The notes under the pieces: model-generated
Told to the model about the DNA's origin: nothing
Seen by the model: the letters and a program-made list of their open reading frames with translations, nothing else
Database searches by the model: none
Source: an uncultured archaeon
GTDB lineage: Archaea; Asgardarchaeota; Hermodarchaeia; Hermodarchaeales; Hermodarchaeaceae
Assembly (NCBI GenBank): GCA_964347045.1
Contig: CAYFXC010000003.1
Location: 70,701 to 134,700 of the forward strand
Direction of reading: 5' to 3'
Length of the DNA stretch: 64,000 bases
Shown: one piece after another, positions 27,710-37,870 of the stretch
How positions within the stretch are numbered: position 1 is the stretch's first letter
Layout of the letters: the number at the start of each line of letters is the position of its first letter
Made by a program: the position numbers and the translations under genes

Positions 27710-30583
27710 ATGTCTTCCAGCGGAGAGACTCAACTTGCACCAAAGACCATTCTCAACCCACACAGTCAGTCAGTCTCCAAAATAGCTCAACAACTGAACA
27801 CCGATTTAAATCATGGACTTATGAGTGGTGAAGCACAAAGACGTTTAGAGTTCTTTGGACCAAATCAGCTCCCCAAGATTCGAGGTTCCTTTTGGCGTGT
27901 ATACCTCGCTCCAATTCTTAATGGTTTAATCCTCATCTATTTGGTTGTAATTGTTATCTTATCTGCCATTGTCATCTTCTTTAACACACCAGGAACCTCC
28001 AATGTAATAATCTGGATCATTATCATCGCCTTTAACGCATTCTTAGCCATTATTCAACAATTTCGGGCGCAGAAGAAATTGGAAGCGCTCCATTCGTTGA
28101 CGACTGATACAACAATGGTTATACGAGAAGGAATAAAGAGTGAAATTCCTGCGCACACGGTTGTTCCTGGCGATATAGTCGTATTAGCACAAGGTGACCG
28201 AATACCTGCAGATGGACGGCTTTTAGAAGCAAATCAACTCACCTCTGTGGAAGCCTCACTAACTGGTGAAAGTGCCCCTGTCACAAAAATTGTTTCACAT
28301 TCCCCCTTAGAATTAGAAACACCACTACATGAACGCTATAATATGGTTTATAGTGGGACATATGTAGCTACAGGTTCAGGTAACTTTGTTGTAACGGGAA
28401 CGGGGGAAGCAACTGAAATTGGGGAAATAAGTCAAGGTTTGGAAACATTAAACACCGGGGATATTCCACTTCGCCGGAAAGTCAACCGCCTAGCAATTTA
28501 CCTTGGAGCCGCTGCCATTTTTCTAGCTGTGTTAGGTTTTGCTTCATACCTAGTCTTCCCCCGACCTATTGATGGTGTCATTCTTACTCCACCTGAAGTT
28601 GCTGTTGAAGCAATAATTAACGCGATGACAGTGATGCCGATTAATATCCCTCTCCTTACCACTATTGTCTTACTCACAGGGGTATTAGCCATGGCCGGTG
28701 TCGGTGTCATTGTTAGTGATCTTTCTGCCGTTGAGAGTTTGGGTCGGGTTAGCATAATCTGTACAGATAAAACCGGTACCCTCACCCGCAGCGAGATGAT
28801 GGTAAGCCTGATCTGGGATTCCTCTCATCTTTTTCAAGTTACCGGCGAAGGCTTTGAACCCAAAGGGGAGATTTTACTTGTTAGTGATCCTAACTCCAAC
28901 CCAAATGTTGTATCCGCGTCATCAATTGAAATTGAAGATTATAACCAACTGGCATTATTAATTCGGGCTGGAGTGCTCAATAATGATGCCCAAATCGTGC
29001 AAGAAGAAGCAACGGAAGGTGGAACATTACAATGGCGGGCTATAGGTGATCCAACTGAGGCGGCTCTCCTCGTCTTACTCAATAAGAGCGGCATTGACGA
29101 AAGTTCCTTACGGGCCGCATACACCTTCAAACAAGATTATCCCTTCGATTCTCGGCTCAAACGAATGACACGGATATTTTCTCATCCAGAAGGTGGATAC
29201 ATTGCCTTCATTAAAGGAGCGACTGATATTTTGCTTTCGCGATGTAAACAAATAGGCGATGATCGGAAAGCTCAGCGGCTCACTAAGAAACAAGCCAAAG
29301 AAATTGAGCGTTATGCCAATAAATTTGCCGCTGGGGGTTATCGCGTTCTTTCCTTTGCCATCCGACGATTTAATCAGTTGCCTAAAGGTCGAGGACAAGC
29401 CCTCAGAAAGAATATCGAGAAGAATCTGACATTTGTGGGGTTTGTATGTATTGTAGATCCACCTCGTGAAGGGGTTCGTGAAGCAGTCGTTGAGGTGTCC
29501 AATGCAGGCGTTAAAACTGTCATGATCACTGGTGATGCTGCAGCGACCGCGGAAACTATTGGCCGACAACTAGCAATCGTTGGAAAAGATGATCTTGTTA
29601 TCGAAGGCAAAGATGCTACTAATGTATCTGATGAAAAATTCGATCGAGTAAGCGTTTTTGCACGAGTTGATCCAGAAGATAAGCAAATTATTGTTGAACG
29701 CTACAAGAAAGCAAAACGTGCTGTCGCTGTTACTGGCGATGGCGTTAACGACGCGCTCGCTTTAAGCATGAGTGATGTTGGAATTGCCATGGGAATCACT
29801 GGTACAGATGTGGCAAAAGAAGCATCAGACATGATCATCGCTGATGATAGCTATAATTCAATCGTGGACGGCGTTCGTCAGGGTCGAGGGCTCTTCAGCA
29901 AGATTCGGGTGATGATCTTTTTCTATATTTGTATTAATGTTGGTGAATCTATTCTTTTCTTTGGAACATTTCTCCTAGGAATCCCCTTCCTTACACCAAC
30001 TCAACACATCTTTTTGACTATCTCTAGCCACACATGGCCTGGTCTTGCTTTAGTGTTTGATCGTACGGCAAAATATATCATGGAGGAAAAGCCCCGTGAC
30101 ACTGAATCCATTATCACAAAACGAATTGGATATTATCTGCTCCTAAATGCGCTACTCATTTTCATTGGTGCAGCAAGTGCATTCTATTTCACCTTTAGTT
30201 CCTTGCTTCTCGGAAGCACCTTTCTTGAGCCATATAGTCCAGAGGCTTTTTACAAAAGCCTTACAATGACTATAGCTGTTCTCCTCTTTGCAGAATCCCT
30301 GATGATTTTAAGCATTCGCCGAATTAACCAATCCTTATGGCGTTCAATTCGCTTTGAAAGCTTTTGGCTTATTTATATCCTGATCGGACTTGTCTTTCTC
30401 ATGTTTGCGGGGTTGATGTATATCCCCGAAGTCAATATCTTCCTAGCATCTCTGGGTATCGATTTTCAATTCATACCATTAGCTCCCATCGACTGGCTTG
30501 TTACGTTCCTTCTTGCATCGCCAGCAATCTTCGGTATGGAAGCTGTAAAATGGGTTTGCCGTAAACGAGGTATCATTTTCTAA
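27710..30583 (+). CDS. Type II (Ca2+-type) P-type ATPase
   Basis: LTGES, DKTGTLT, KGA, DPPR, TGD, GDGVND; multi-TM. Confidence 0.95.
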   Translation: MSSSGETQLAPKTILNPHSQSVSKIAQQLNTDLNHGLMSGEAQRRLEFFGPNQLPKIRGSFWRVYLAPILNGLILIYLVVIVILSAIVIFFNTPGTSNVIIWIIIIAFNAFLAIIQQFRAQKKLEALHSLTTDTTMVIREGIKSEIPAHTVVPGDIVVLAQGDRIPADGRLLEANQLTSVEASLTGESAPVTKIVSHSPLELETPLHERYNMVYSGTYVATGSGNFVVTGTGEATEIGEISQGLETLNTGDIPLRRKVNRLAIYLGAAAIFLAVLGFASYLVFPRPIDGVILTPPEVAVEAIINAMTVMPINIPLLTTIVLLTGVLAMAGVGVIVSDLSAVESLGRVSIICTDKTGTLTRSEMMVSLIWDSSHLFQVTGEGFEPKGEILLVSDPNSNPNVVSASSIEIEDYNQLALLIRAGVLNNDAQIVQEEATEGGTLQWRAIGDPTEAALLVLLNKSGIDESSLRAAYTFKQDYPFDSRLKRMTRIFSHPEGGYIAFIKGATDILLSRCKQIGDDRKAQRLTKKQAKEIERYANKFAAGGYRVLSFAIRRFNQLPKGRGQALRKNIEKNLTFVGFVCIVDPPREGVREAVVEVSNAGVKTVMITGDAAATAETIGRQLAIVGKDDLVIEGKDATNVSDEKFDRVSVFARVDPEDKQIIVERYKKAKRAVAVTGDGVNDALALSMSDVGIAMGITGTDVAKEASDMIIADDSYNSIVDGVRQGRGLFSKIRVMIFFYICINVGESILFFGTFLLGIPFLTPTQHIFLTISSHTWPGLALVFDRTAKYIMEEKPRDTESIITKRIGYYLLLNALLIFIGAASAFYFTFSSLLLGSTFLEPYSPEAFYKSLTMTIAVLLFAESLMILSIRRINQSLWRSIRFESFWLIYILIGLVFLMFAGLMYIPEVNIFLASLGIDFQFIPLAPIDWLVTFLLASPAIFGMEAVKWVCRKRGIIF

Positions 30584-30658
30584 GAATTGATACCCTTAAC
30601 ACAAACTTTTTTTTCTCTCATACTTGTACACCAAGAACAATTTCAAGGTGAACATATT

Positions 30659-31771
30659 ATGGTTGATGAGCGCATTTCTCGGCTAGCTCAACTTACTGTT
30701 GAATATTCTCTCGACGTCAAAAAGGGTGATTTGGTTGGTGTCAGTGCACCCGCATTCGCTGAGCCTCTGGTCGTTGAATTAACCAGAGAAATCATGAAAG
30801 CTGGAGGGCATCCTTTTACTCGTATTTATCTTCCGCGTTCTCAAGAAATCTTCTACAGATATGCCCAAGACCACCAACTCGACTATCTTAACCCACTCCT
30901 TCTTGACATGGTTGATAAGCTTGACAACTACATCGTCATCTTCTCATCTGATAACCGGAAAGCCATGACTAATGTGGATCCAGCTAAACAAGCTCGTGTT
31001 GCCAAAGCGCAAACTGAACTCAATAAAAGATTCACAGCTCGACTTAAACAGGGTTGGTATGCTCTAATCCCTTATCCTTCAGCAAGCCTCGCGCAAGAAG
31101 GCAACATGGGAACTGAAGAATACGAAGATTTTGTTTATAGTGCTTGTCTAGTTGACAAACCCAACCCTGTCAAACTCTGGAAACAAATTAGTAACAAACA
31201 AGCGAAAATTACGGCGTATCTGAATTCAAAAAATATCCTCCGTGTTATAGGCGACGATATCGACTTGACAGCGAAAATCACTGGCCGAAACTGGGTCAAT
31301 GCAGACGGACACATGAATATGCCTGATGGCGAGATTTTTACAACGCCTCTTGAAGACAGTGTTGAGGGAACGATTCGCTTTTCCTATCCTGGTATCTTTA
31401 TGGGTAAGGAAGTTGAAGATATCTCATTAACTTTTAAGAAAGGCGTGGTAGCAAAAGCTACTGCTGAAAAAGGGCAAGATCTCCTTAATCATATTCTTGG
31501 GATTGACGAAGGTGCAAAGCGATTAGGAGAGTTCGCGATCGGAACGAATCCTGGTATAACGAAATTTACAAAAAACATATTGTTTGACGAGAAACTAACG
31601 GGAACCATTCACTGTGCTCTCGGAAACGCATTCGAAGAAAGTGGAGGGAAAAACGAATCAGCGATACACTGGGATATTCTCGCGGATATGTCTAAGGGAG
31701 GAAAAATCTTCGCAGATGATGAACTATTCTATAAGAATGGCAAGTTTTTGATGAAAGTAATTGATCAATGA
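30659..31771 (+). CDS. M29 (AmpS/PepS-type) aminopeptidase
   Basis: NMPDGEIFT, LGEFAIG, LFDEK..GTIH.ALG, SAIHWD; ATG at 30659 preferred. Confidence 0.92.
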   Translation: MVDERISRLAQLTVEYSLDVKKGDLVGVSAPAFAEPLVVELTREIMKAGGHPFTRIYLPRSQEIFYRYAQDHQLDYLNPLLLDMVDKLDNYIVIFSSDNRKAMTNVDPAKQARVAKAQTELNKRFTARLKQGWYALIPYPSASLAQEGNMGTEEYEDFVYSACLVDKPNPVKLWKQISNKQAKITAYLNSKNILRVIGDDIDLTAKITGRNWVNADGHMNMPDGEIFTTPLEDSVEGTIRFSYPGIFMGKEVEDISLTFKKGVVAKATAEKGQDLLNHILGIDEGAKRLGEFAIGTNPGITKFTKNILFDEKLTGTIHCALGNAFEESGGKNESAIHWDILADMSKGGKIFADDELFYKNGKFLMKVIDQ

Positions 31772-31784
31772 TATCCCCTGGCTC

Positions 31785-32015
31785 TCACTTTGTCGGCACA
31801 GACTCCATCTTGAAAATAACTTTGCAGCCTTTCAATGTGGCGTGGACTTGGTTAGCCACTTCAACCATGTCCTGTACAGAACCATTTTCATCCCACTCGA
31901 TAACGAAATCATAGTTGCCAGCGACAGGTTGAAATCCCATACGCATTAATCGTTCTGCAACTTCGCTAGGAGCAGCCCCCTCGCTACTCACATAGATTGT
32001 TAGGTAACTTCTCAT
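31785..32015 (-). CDS. Small conserved-looking archaeal hypothetical protein
   Basis: 76 aa with a GGAGG ribosome-binding site; SSEGA.PSEV..L..MGF.P..G.YDF pattern. Confidence 0.7.
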   Translation of the reverse strand: MRSYLTIYVSSEGAAPSEVAERLMRMGFQPVAGNYDFVIEWDENGSVQDMVEVANQVHATLKGCKVIFKMESVPTK

Positions 32016-32167
32016 GATTTTAAAGCCTCCAAAGTTATGTGAATCCTGTACGTAGGCTTTTTATTCCTACTCAATGCGGCATCATCTTTGAACATAATGT
32101 ATTGTGACGGAAAATCCGAAGGCTATATGTACACAAACCATGGCAAACCTTTGTTTGGGCGACTCTA

Positions 32168-32740
32168 ATGTCACATAAGCCACGTCTTCCCCCCGGTCAA
32201 CGTTGGATCACAGGGTTCCCCGTTCGTAATGTAGAACGGATGCCAGATTCCTTTGACCCGAACACTTGGACTCTGACTGTGGATGGCAAGATTGAAAAAC
32301 CCCACATCTTTTCCTATGAAGAACTCCGTGCATTGCCAGTATCCACTCAAATAAGTGATTTCCATTGCGTTGAAGGGTGGTCGGTGCCTGACAACAAATG
32401 GGAAGGTGTTCTCTTTAAGGAAATTGCTAAACATGTAAAACCCAAACTCTCTGCAAGATTTGTTTTATTTCATGCTGAGCATGAATATTCCTCTGCCATT
32501 GCCCTTGATGTTGCCATGGAAAATGATGTCATCTTAGCCTGGAATCGTAATGATGAACCGCTCCGCATTGAAGATGGCGGGCCTCTCCGTCTTATAGTTC
32601 CAAGATTGTATGCTTGGAAAAGCGTCAAATGGGTTCGTCGCATTGCCTTTCTCGAGGAAGTAGAACTTGGCTTTTGGGAAAAGCGCGGATATCACCAGGA
32701 TGCAGATCCCTGGCTCAACCAGCGATTTGCCGAAAGCTAG
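32168..32740 (+). CDS. Sulfite-oxidase-like molybdopterin oxidoreductase (YuiH/MsrP-like)
   Basis: RLPPGQ, DFHCVEGWS, GGPLRL.VP.LYAWKSVKW, GFWE.RGYH. Confidence 0.92.
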   Translation: MSHKPRLPPGQRWITGFPVRNVERMPDSFDPNTWTLTVDGKIEKPHIFSYEELRALPVSTQISDFHCVEGWSVPDNKWEGVLFKEIAKHVKPKLSARFVLFHAEHEYSSAIALDVAMENDVILAWNRNDEPLRIEDGGPLRLIVPRLYAWKSVKWVRRIAFLEEVELGFWEKRGYHQDADPWLNQRFAES

Positions 32741-32751
32741 GAGGTTTTTTT

Positions 32752-32915
32752 TAAAAAAAGAGGTTAAGGCCCTTGCGGGCCTTAAGGACTGGGACGAAGA
32801 GAAGTTTATCTCTTCATGATCCGTTGCGGATCTGGGAGAGCTCAAACACTTCTTGTGGTGGATTTGAGTATAAGGTTAGGTACTTCAATGGTATGTGTCT
32901 ACATATCACCTACTT
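32752..32915 (-). ncRNA. Candidate structured small RNA (four tandem hairpins)
   Basis: Stems at 32764-32785 (9 bp, GCAA loop on minus), 32794-32817, 32818-32832 and 32841-32868; T7 tract downstream on minus; TTTAAA at 32940. Confidence 0.4.
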
Positions 32916-33046
32916 CTAGGTCTGCATATTATGGGGGCATTTAAAGAAAAAGTCTACAAAGCGGGTTGTTAGTTGCAAAAGCTTTTGATGAGGATTATCT
33001 GTCCAGATGCTAGATGAATTGTTAGGCACCAAGAATTTATGGTCGT

Positions 33047-33763
33047 ATGCTGGTGTTAGTGTTTATGGCTGCGAAAACCGTTCGGAAAGTTTTAGATGAT
33101 TTCTACTGGATTGTTGCACGTGAAGGTATGTTGCCCGATAGCAACATATTCCTGGTTAAACATGGAAACTATTTTGTGCTATTTGATGCGGGCATTCATC
33201 ATTTTTTCAATGACACAGTCGCCGCGATTAACGAATTAGGATTGGAGCTAAAGCAAATGGATCGATTAATACTGACCCATACGCATTTAGATCATTCAGG
33301 GTCAACTCCTGAGTTTAAGGGTCGATTAAAAGATCTTGAAGTTTGGGTATCGGAAGAAGAAGGAGTTCTTCTGGAGCAAGGTGACGACACTATTGTTTTG
33401 GGAAACATGTTAGGGCAACAATTACCACCCATACCTGTGGCGAAAAAGCTCCACGACGGAGATGTCATCGAAGTGGGTCCCTATTCCTTTCAAGTTTTGT
33501 TGACGCCCGGTCATAGTGCGGGAAGTCTGTGTTTCTTCGAACCTAAGCATCAATTGCTGATTTCTGGAGATGTGGTTTTTCGCCATGGATCCTTTGGGCG
33601 TGTTGACTTTCCAACAGGGAATGGTACTGTTTTGAAGCAATCTATTGAACGATTAGCAGCCCTCCCTGTTGAAATGTTACTCCCTGGACATATGGGGATT
33701 GCTTTGAAAGACGGACAGCGAGAAATCAAGTTATCCCTTCAATTTGCCCGACAAGTACTCTAG
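33047..33763 (+). CDS. MBL-fold metallo-hydrolase (glyoxalase II-like)
   Basis: THTHLDH, TPGHS, LISGD, LLPGH. Confidence 0.9.
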   Translation: MLVLVFMAAKTVRKVLDDFYWIVAREGMLPDSNIFLVKHGNYFVLFDAGIHHFFNDTVAAINELGLELKQMDRLILTHTHLDHSGSTPEFKGRLKDLEVWVSEEEGVLLEQGDDTIVLGNMLGQQLPPIPVAKKLHDGDVIEVGPYSFQVLLTPGHSAGSLCFFEPKHQLLISGDVVFRHGSFGRVDFPTGNGTVLKQSIERLAALPVEMLLPGHMGIALKDGQREIKLSLQFARQVL

Positions 33764-33823
33764 CTAAATTCTGATAGAATGAGGCGAGGACTTAAGTGAG
33801 AATGAAAGGTGTAACCGGATAGT

Positions 33824-34621
33824 ATGGTGCTTGAGATAGGAAAAAACCGCAGTCGGATAGTCGCTTACTTAGCAGTATTCATGGCCTTAGTTACAGTTTT
33901 TGATGCCATTCCTATGCTTCCAGGGTTCTACGGTGGCATCTGGGACTCTTGGGTTTTTTTGCTCGCACCAATTATTGGAGCTTTGCTTGGTCCGCTTATT
34001 GGTATGATAGCAGTGGGATTGGGAAGTTTACTTGGTCATATGATTTACTTCCGAGACCCTTTCGAGCTTCTTTTCATGCTGGGTGCAGTTGTAGGAACAG
34101 CTAGTGCTGCGCTCATTTTTCAACGCCGCTGGAAGCCTGTCCTAATCTTTTACACAATACTACTCGGTGGATACTTTCTTTATCCTGTAACCTGGATGCT
34201 TCCTCTCATCGGAATCTGGGACATTCTTCTGGCGTATGTCTTACTCCTGCTTTTTTCGGTGTTAATAAGCAATCAGTGGTGGCCCACAGATCAATGGAAA
34301 GATATTTGGCTCCTGTTAATGTTTGCCACAGTTATTGGGCTCGAAGCAGACATTCTTTTCCGTGTTTTTATTCTCGTTCCAGGACAAACTTATTGGCTTT
34401 TTTATGGATTGACGCTCGACGCTCTCTACTGGATGTGGCTCACCGCAGGAATAATTACGCCTACTAAAGTTGCTCTGGGTACACTATTTACAGTCACTAT
34501 TGGTTATAGTCTTCTTCGTCTTCTTCCACGAACTGAGATTGGTCTGACCGAATATTATGGAACTCTAAAGACAGCTCCTCCTATTCATGAGGAAGAAAAA
34601 ACCAATAATAAACGAACATGA
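33824..34621 (+). CDS. Membrane protein, ECF S-component-like
   Basis: 7-8 TM segments; AYLAVFMAL, APIIGALLGP..G pattern. Confidence 0.6.
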   Translation: MVLEIGKNRSRIVAYLAVFMALVTVFDAIPMLPGFYGGIWDSWVFLLAPIIGALLGPLIGMIAVGLGSLLGHMIYFRDPFELLFMLGAVVGTASAALIFQRRWKPVLIFYTILLGGYFLYPVTWMLPLIGIWDILLAYVLLLLFSVLISNQWWPTDQWKDIWLLLMFATVIGLEADILFRVFILVPGQTYWLFYGLTLDALYWMWLTAGIITPTKVALGTLFTVTIGYSLLRLLPRTEIGLTEYYGTLKTAPPIHEEEKTNNKRT

Positions 34622-34780
34622 AAACATGTTTCATCTCAATCAATCCGTAACGATACATAATAGGATTTCAACGACTATTCTAGCTAATTTCCATGGAACA
34701 TTATTGTCTATCGTGACCCAGAAGGTTTTTACGGGTAGATTCCTAGCCTGAAGGCAGTCTCAGATTTATCGGTATCGAGG

Positions 34781-36397
34781 TTGACGGATATGGCTAAATT
34801 ACCTAAATTAAACACTAAAATTAAATCAGTCACGATTTACCGAAATGGTGCTAAAATCGAGCGGACAGGTGTAATTGAATTAAAACCAGGTATTCATAAA
34901 CTCGAAATTGCTAATCTAACACGCTTTTTAGACAAGGAAAGTGTTCGCGTTTCGGGTCGTGGACACGCCACTATCGTTGGCTTCGACACGGTTGACACAA
35001 CCGTCGAAGTAAGTGGATATTCCAAACTGGATACACTGATCAAGAAGCGAGAAAATTTGCAGAAACAACTTGCTCAAACCCAGAGTGAACTCGAACGTAT
35101 AACTCGGCGTGTGACCTTCTATTCCCAAGTACTTGAAAATTCTGCAGGTGAATTCTCTCGGTGGATTCCTGCAGGAGAAAGTAATGTTGATCAATTAAGC
35201 TCCCTTGAATCCTTGGTGACAACACAACTAGATACACTCTACAAGCATCAATTCAAATTACACGAGGACCGAGAAAAGATTCAAAAAGAAATTTCAATGG
35301 CAACTCGGGAAATCGATAAGTTCCGCAGCGAAGTCAACCAATATGAAGTTTCTAACAGCATTTTGATTAATGTTAAAGCTCATAAACTCGGAAAGTGTGA
35401 ATTCAACATTTCCTATTTTGTGGAAAACGCCTATTGGGAACCAACTTATGATTTTATCCTCTCTGAGGATTCAACGGATGTTACAATGTACACTGTTGTA
35501 CAGAATAATACTCAGGAAGACTGGGATGGTGTGAATCTAACAGTTTCAACTGCTTCAAGGCGTACAGCAAAAATTACTGAACCATCTCCGTACTTTGTGT
35601 CAATCTATACCCCTCCACCGCCACGCCCAAGGAGAACGATGGCAAAGGAAAGAAAACTAGCAGCTCCTGCCGCTACCGGGGCTATTGACGACGAATTAGA
35701 AGCTGAGGAATTAGCAATGATACCGGAGGAACCACTTCCAGAAATGGCTCCACCCCCCGTCACAGCTATGGCTATGGATATTGGCGGAGTATATGTGTTT
35801 GTACTCCCTAATCGAGTAAAGGTAGCTGCAGATGGAGAACCTCATGCATTTCCAACAAGCCATATCCAACTAGAAGCTGACAGGAAATTCTTCTGGAATG
35901 CCGTAGACTTCGCCGAAGCAATTGAAGCAACCACTATCGAAAATGCTGACACTGTTTTACTCCCCGGTCGAGCGCGAATCTACTTCTTGGACGAATATCT
36001 CGGTGAAACCCATCTTAACCTCGTAGCTCCTAATGAGAAAGTCGATGTGGGTATGCGCTTTTCGTATGATCTCAAAGTGGAAAAGAAACTAGTTGCGAAA
36101 AGTACAGAAAAGAAGGGATTACTCAAAGGGAATGTCGCACGAGATTACGCCTATGAACTGACCATTACCAACTACCGGAAGAAAATGAGTACTGTAAAGA
36201 TAATGGATCGCATTCCTCATAGCGATTCAGAAATCATCAAGATAGAAGACCGGAAATACTCTCCTCAACCCTCTAAAGATGAGCTTGGGATTCTCACTTG
36301 GGAAATTGAAATTCCAAAAGAAGGTGAAACAAAAATCATCTATTCCTTCAAAGTGGAGTATCCGCGTGGTGAAACAATCACGCCACCATTACCCTAG
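34781..36397 (+). CDS. DUF4140/DUF4139 (MuiA-like) protein
   Basis: IKSVTIY..GAKIER, SVRV, coiled coil, W.PTYD, QNNTQEDW..V.LT.ST, DRIP.S. Confidence 0.88.
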   Translation: MTDMAKLPKLNTKIKSVTIYRNGAKIERTGVIELKPGIHKLEIANLTRFLDKESVRVSGRGHATIVGFDTVDTTVEVSGYSKLDTLIKKRENLQKQLAQTQSELERITRRVTFYSQVLENSAGEFSRWIPAGESNVDQLSSLESLVTTQLDTLYKHQFKLHEDREKIQKEISMATREIDKFRSEVNQYEVSNSILINVKAHKLGKCEFNISYFVENAYWEPTYDFILSEDSTDVTMYTVVQNNTQEDWDGVNLTVSTASRRTAKITEPSPYFVSIYTPPPPRPRRTMAKERKLAAPAATGAIDDELEAEELAMIPEEPLPEMAPPPVTAMAMDIGGVYVFVLPNRVKVAADGEPHAFPTSHIQLEADRKFFWNAVDFAEAIEATTIENADTVLLPGRARIYFLDEYLGETHLNLVAPNEKVDVGMRFSYDLKVEKKLVAKSTEKKGLLKGNVARDYAYELTITNYRKKMSTVKIMDRIPHSDSEIIKIEDRKYSPQPSKDELGILTWEIEIPKEGETKIIYSFKVEYPRGETITPPLP

Positions 36398-36419
36398 ATG
36401 AATCTCTGTGGTTAATTAA

Positions 36420-37007
36420 ATGTCATATTACGATGAACCGAAGAAGCGTATTATCTCTTCAATGGATTCTCGTCAGACTCTCCATTATGTCCTCAAATCT
36501 TCTCTTCATCATCACGGATGGAAATTAGAAGTGAGGGAGTTGAAAGGGCCACTTCTTTTCAAGGTAATCAGACATCCAATACATCCTTCTTATTACAAGC
36601 TACAATCACTCAACTCACAGAAAATCAATCCGATGAAAATCAAATCCTTATTGTTCGAAGATACTTTTCGGTACGTTCTGTATGATGGAAATAAGGAGCA
36701 AGTATCAATTCTTTCCGACCAAAATTCTCCTGAGGTTTTGTTTCGTAATCACCAACGAAAAACCATTGCCCGATTCTCGCCCCTAAGCTCTGAGGTGGTT
36801 TTATTACGTACTCCAAGAGCAACTGTTGCTCGTCTTCGATTCAAAGAAAAACCAACGCCTTTGAGTTTTAAAGTCGAATGCGAGGCTGAAGTAGGTCTTC
36901 AATGGCTATTCGCTCTCATTCTCTATTCAGTCGCTCATATAGAAAATACAAAACCAACTCCACATCCAGAGAAAACAGAACTGGAAGAGGATGAAAAAAC
37001 TGAGTAA
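36420..37007 (+). CDS. Hypothetical protein, possibly tubby-C/LURP-one/scramblase-like barrel
   Basis: Series of short beta-strands ending in a hydrophobic helix (LQWLFALILYSV). Confidence 0.4.
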   Translation: MSYYDEPKKRIISSMDSRQTLHYVLKSSLHHHGWKLEVRELKGPLLFKVIRHPIHPSYYKLQSLNSQKINPMKIKSLLFEDTFRYVLYDGNKEQVSILSDQNSPEVLFRNHQRKTIARFSPLSSEVVLLRTPRATVARLRFKEKPTPLSFKVECEAEVGLQWLFALILYSVAHIENTKPTPHPEKTELEEDEKTE

Positions 37008-37084
37008 CACATCTGTAACTCCTTAATCTTTTAGAATAAGGAACACCCAACCTCTTCATTGAAGCTAGTATTCAGATAACCTGG

Positions 37085-37870
37085 ATGTGTAAGTTTCATA
37101 TGCAAATCGAAGTATTAGGAAGCTCATCCTTCATTCCCACCCTAAAAGGCAGCTGGTCTAGCTTCTTTGTTAATCTTGGAAAGGGTGATCGAATCCTCAT
37201 TGATGCTGGCACCCGACGCCTTCTCGGTCTACGGAAAGACGTTCTTTCTATAAACCACATCTTCATTACCCATCGTCACCCAGACCATGTCATGTTTCTC
37301 GGTGCATTATTACGTCGCATGAAACGAAACAAACGTAAAAAACCACTAACGATATTCTGCCCTGTTAATGCGTTCTATCATGTAATCGGATACATCCGCT
37401 TCTATAATCCGAAAGGTGTTCCAGATTTTGTTAATTTCGAAACTTTTACGCCTGGGAAACCCGAATATCTCATTTCACTTTCCAAATCCAACACGGAAAT
37501 GTGGGCTGCCGCTGCTTGTCATACAACGATGGCAGCAGGATATGGCATTATTCAAGGAGACACCAAAGTAGTTATTGTACCTGATACTGCTCCAAATTGT
37601 AAACCACTTTTGGCGTTGGCAAAGGGTGCCCGTGCACTATTTCATGATACCACGTTTCCCACTGCTAAATACGGCTTCGCAGTAGCAAAAGGACATTCAA
37701 GTCCAGAAGGTGCTGGCTTGGATGCCGAAAAGGCTAGAGTGCAAACATTAGTGTTAATTCATACTAGTCGCGCGCGTTCTCGTGACGCACATACTCTCTT
37801 TGCAGGTGCTGCGAGATATTTTGGTGGCGAAATTCAAGTAGGTTCAGATACTTCGACATTTACATTTTAA
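37085..37870 (+). CDS. rnz: Ribonuclease Z-like MBL hydrolase
   Basis: VLGS..IPT, LIDAG, THRHPDH, DTAP, HDTTF, GHSS, LVLIHTS. Confidence 0.75.
   Translation: MCKFHMQIEVLGSSSFIPTLKGSWSSFFVNLGKGDRILIDAGTRRLLGLRKDVLSINHIFITHRHPDHVMFLGALLRRMKRNKRKKPLTIFCPVNAFYHVIGYIRFYNPKGVPDFVNFETFTPGKPEYLISLSKSNTEMWAAAACHTTMAAGYGIIQGDTKVVIVPDTAPNCKPLLALAKGARALFHDTTFPTAKYGFAVAKGHSSPEGAGLDAEKARVQTLVLIHTSRARSRDAHTLFAGAARYFGGEIQVGSDTSTFTF

Noticed and set aside
32794-32817. SECIS or C/D-box reading of AUGAAGA in the hairpin cluster
   Set aside because: No opposing GA quartet or D box, and I saw no in-frame UGA selenoprotein candidate nearby.
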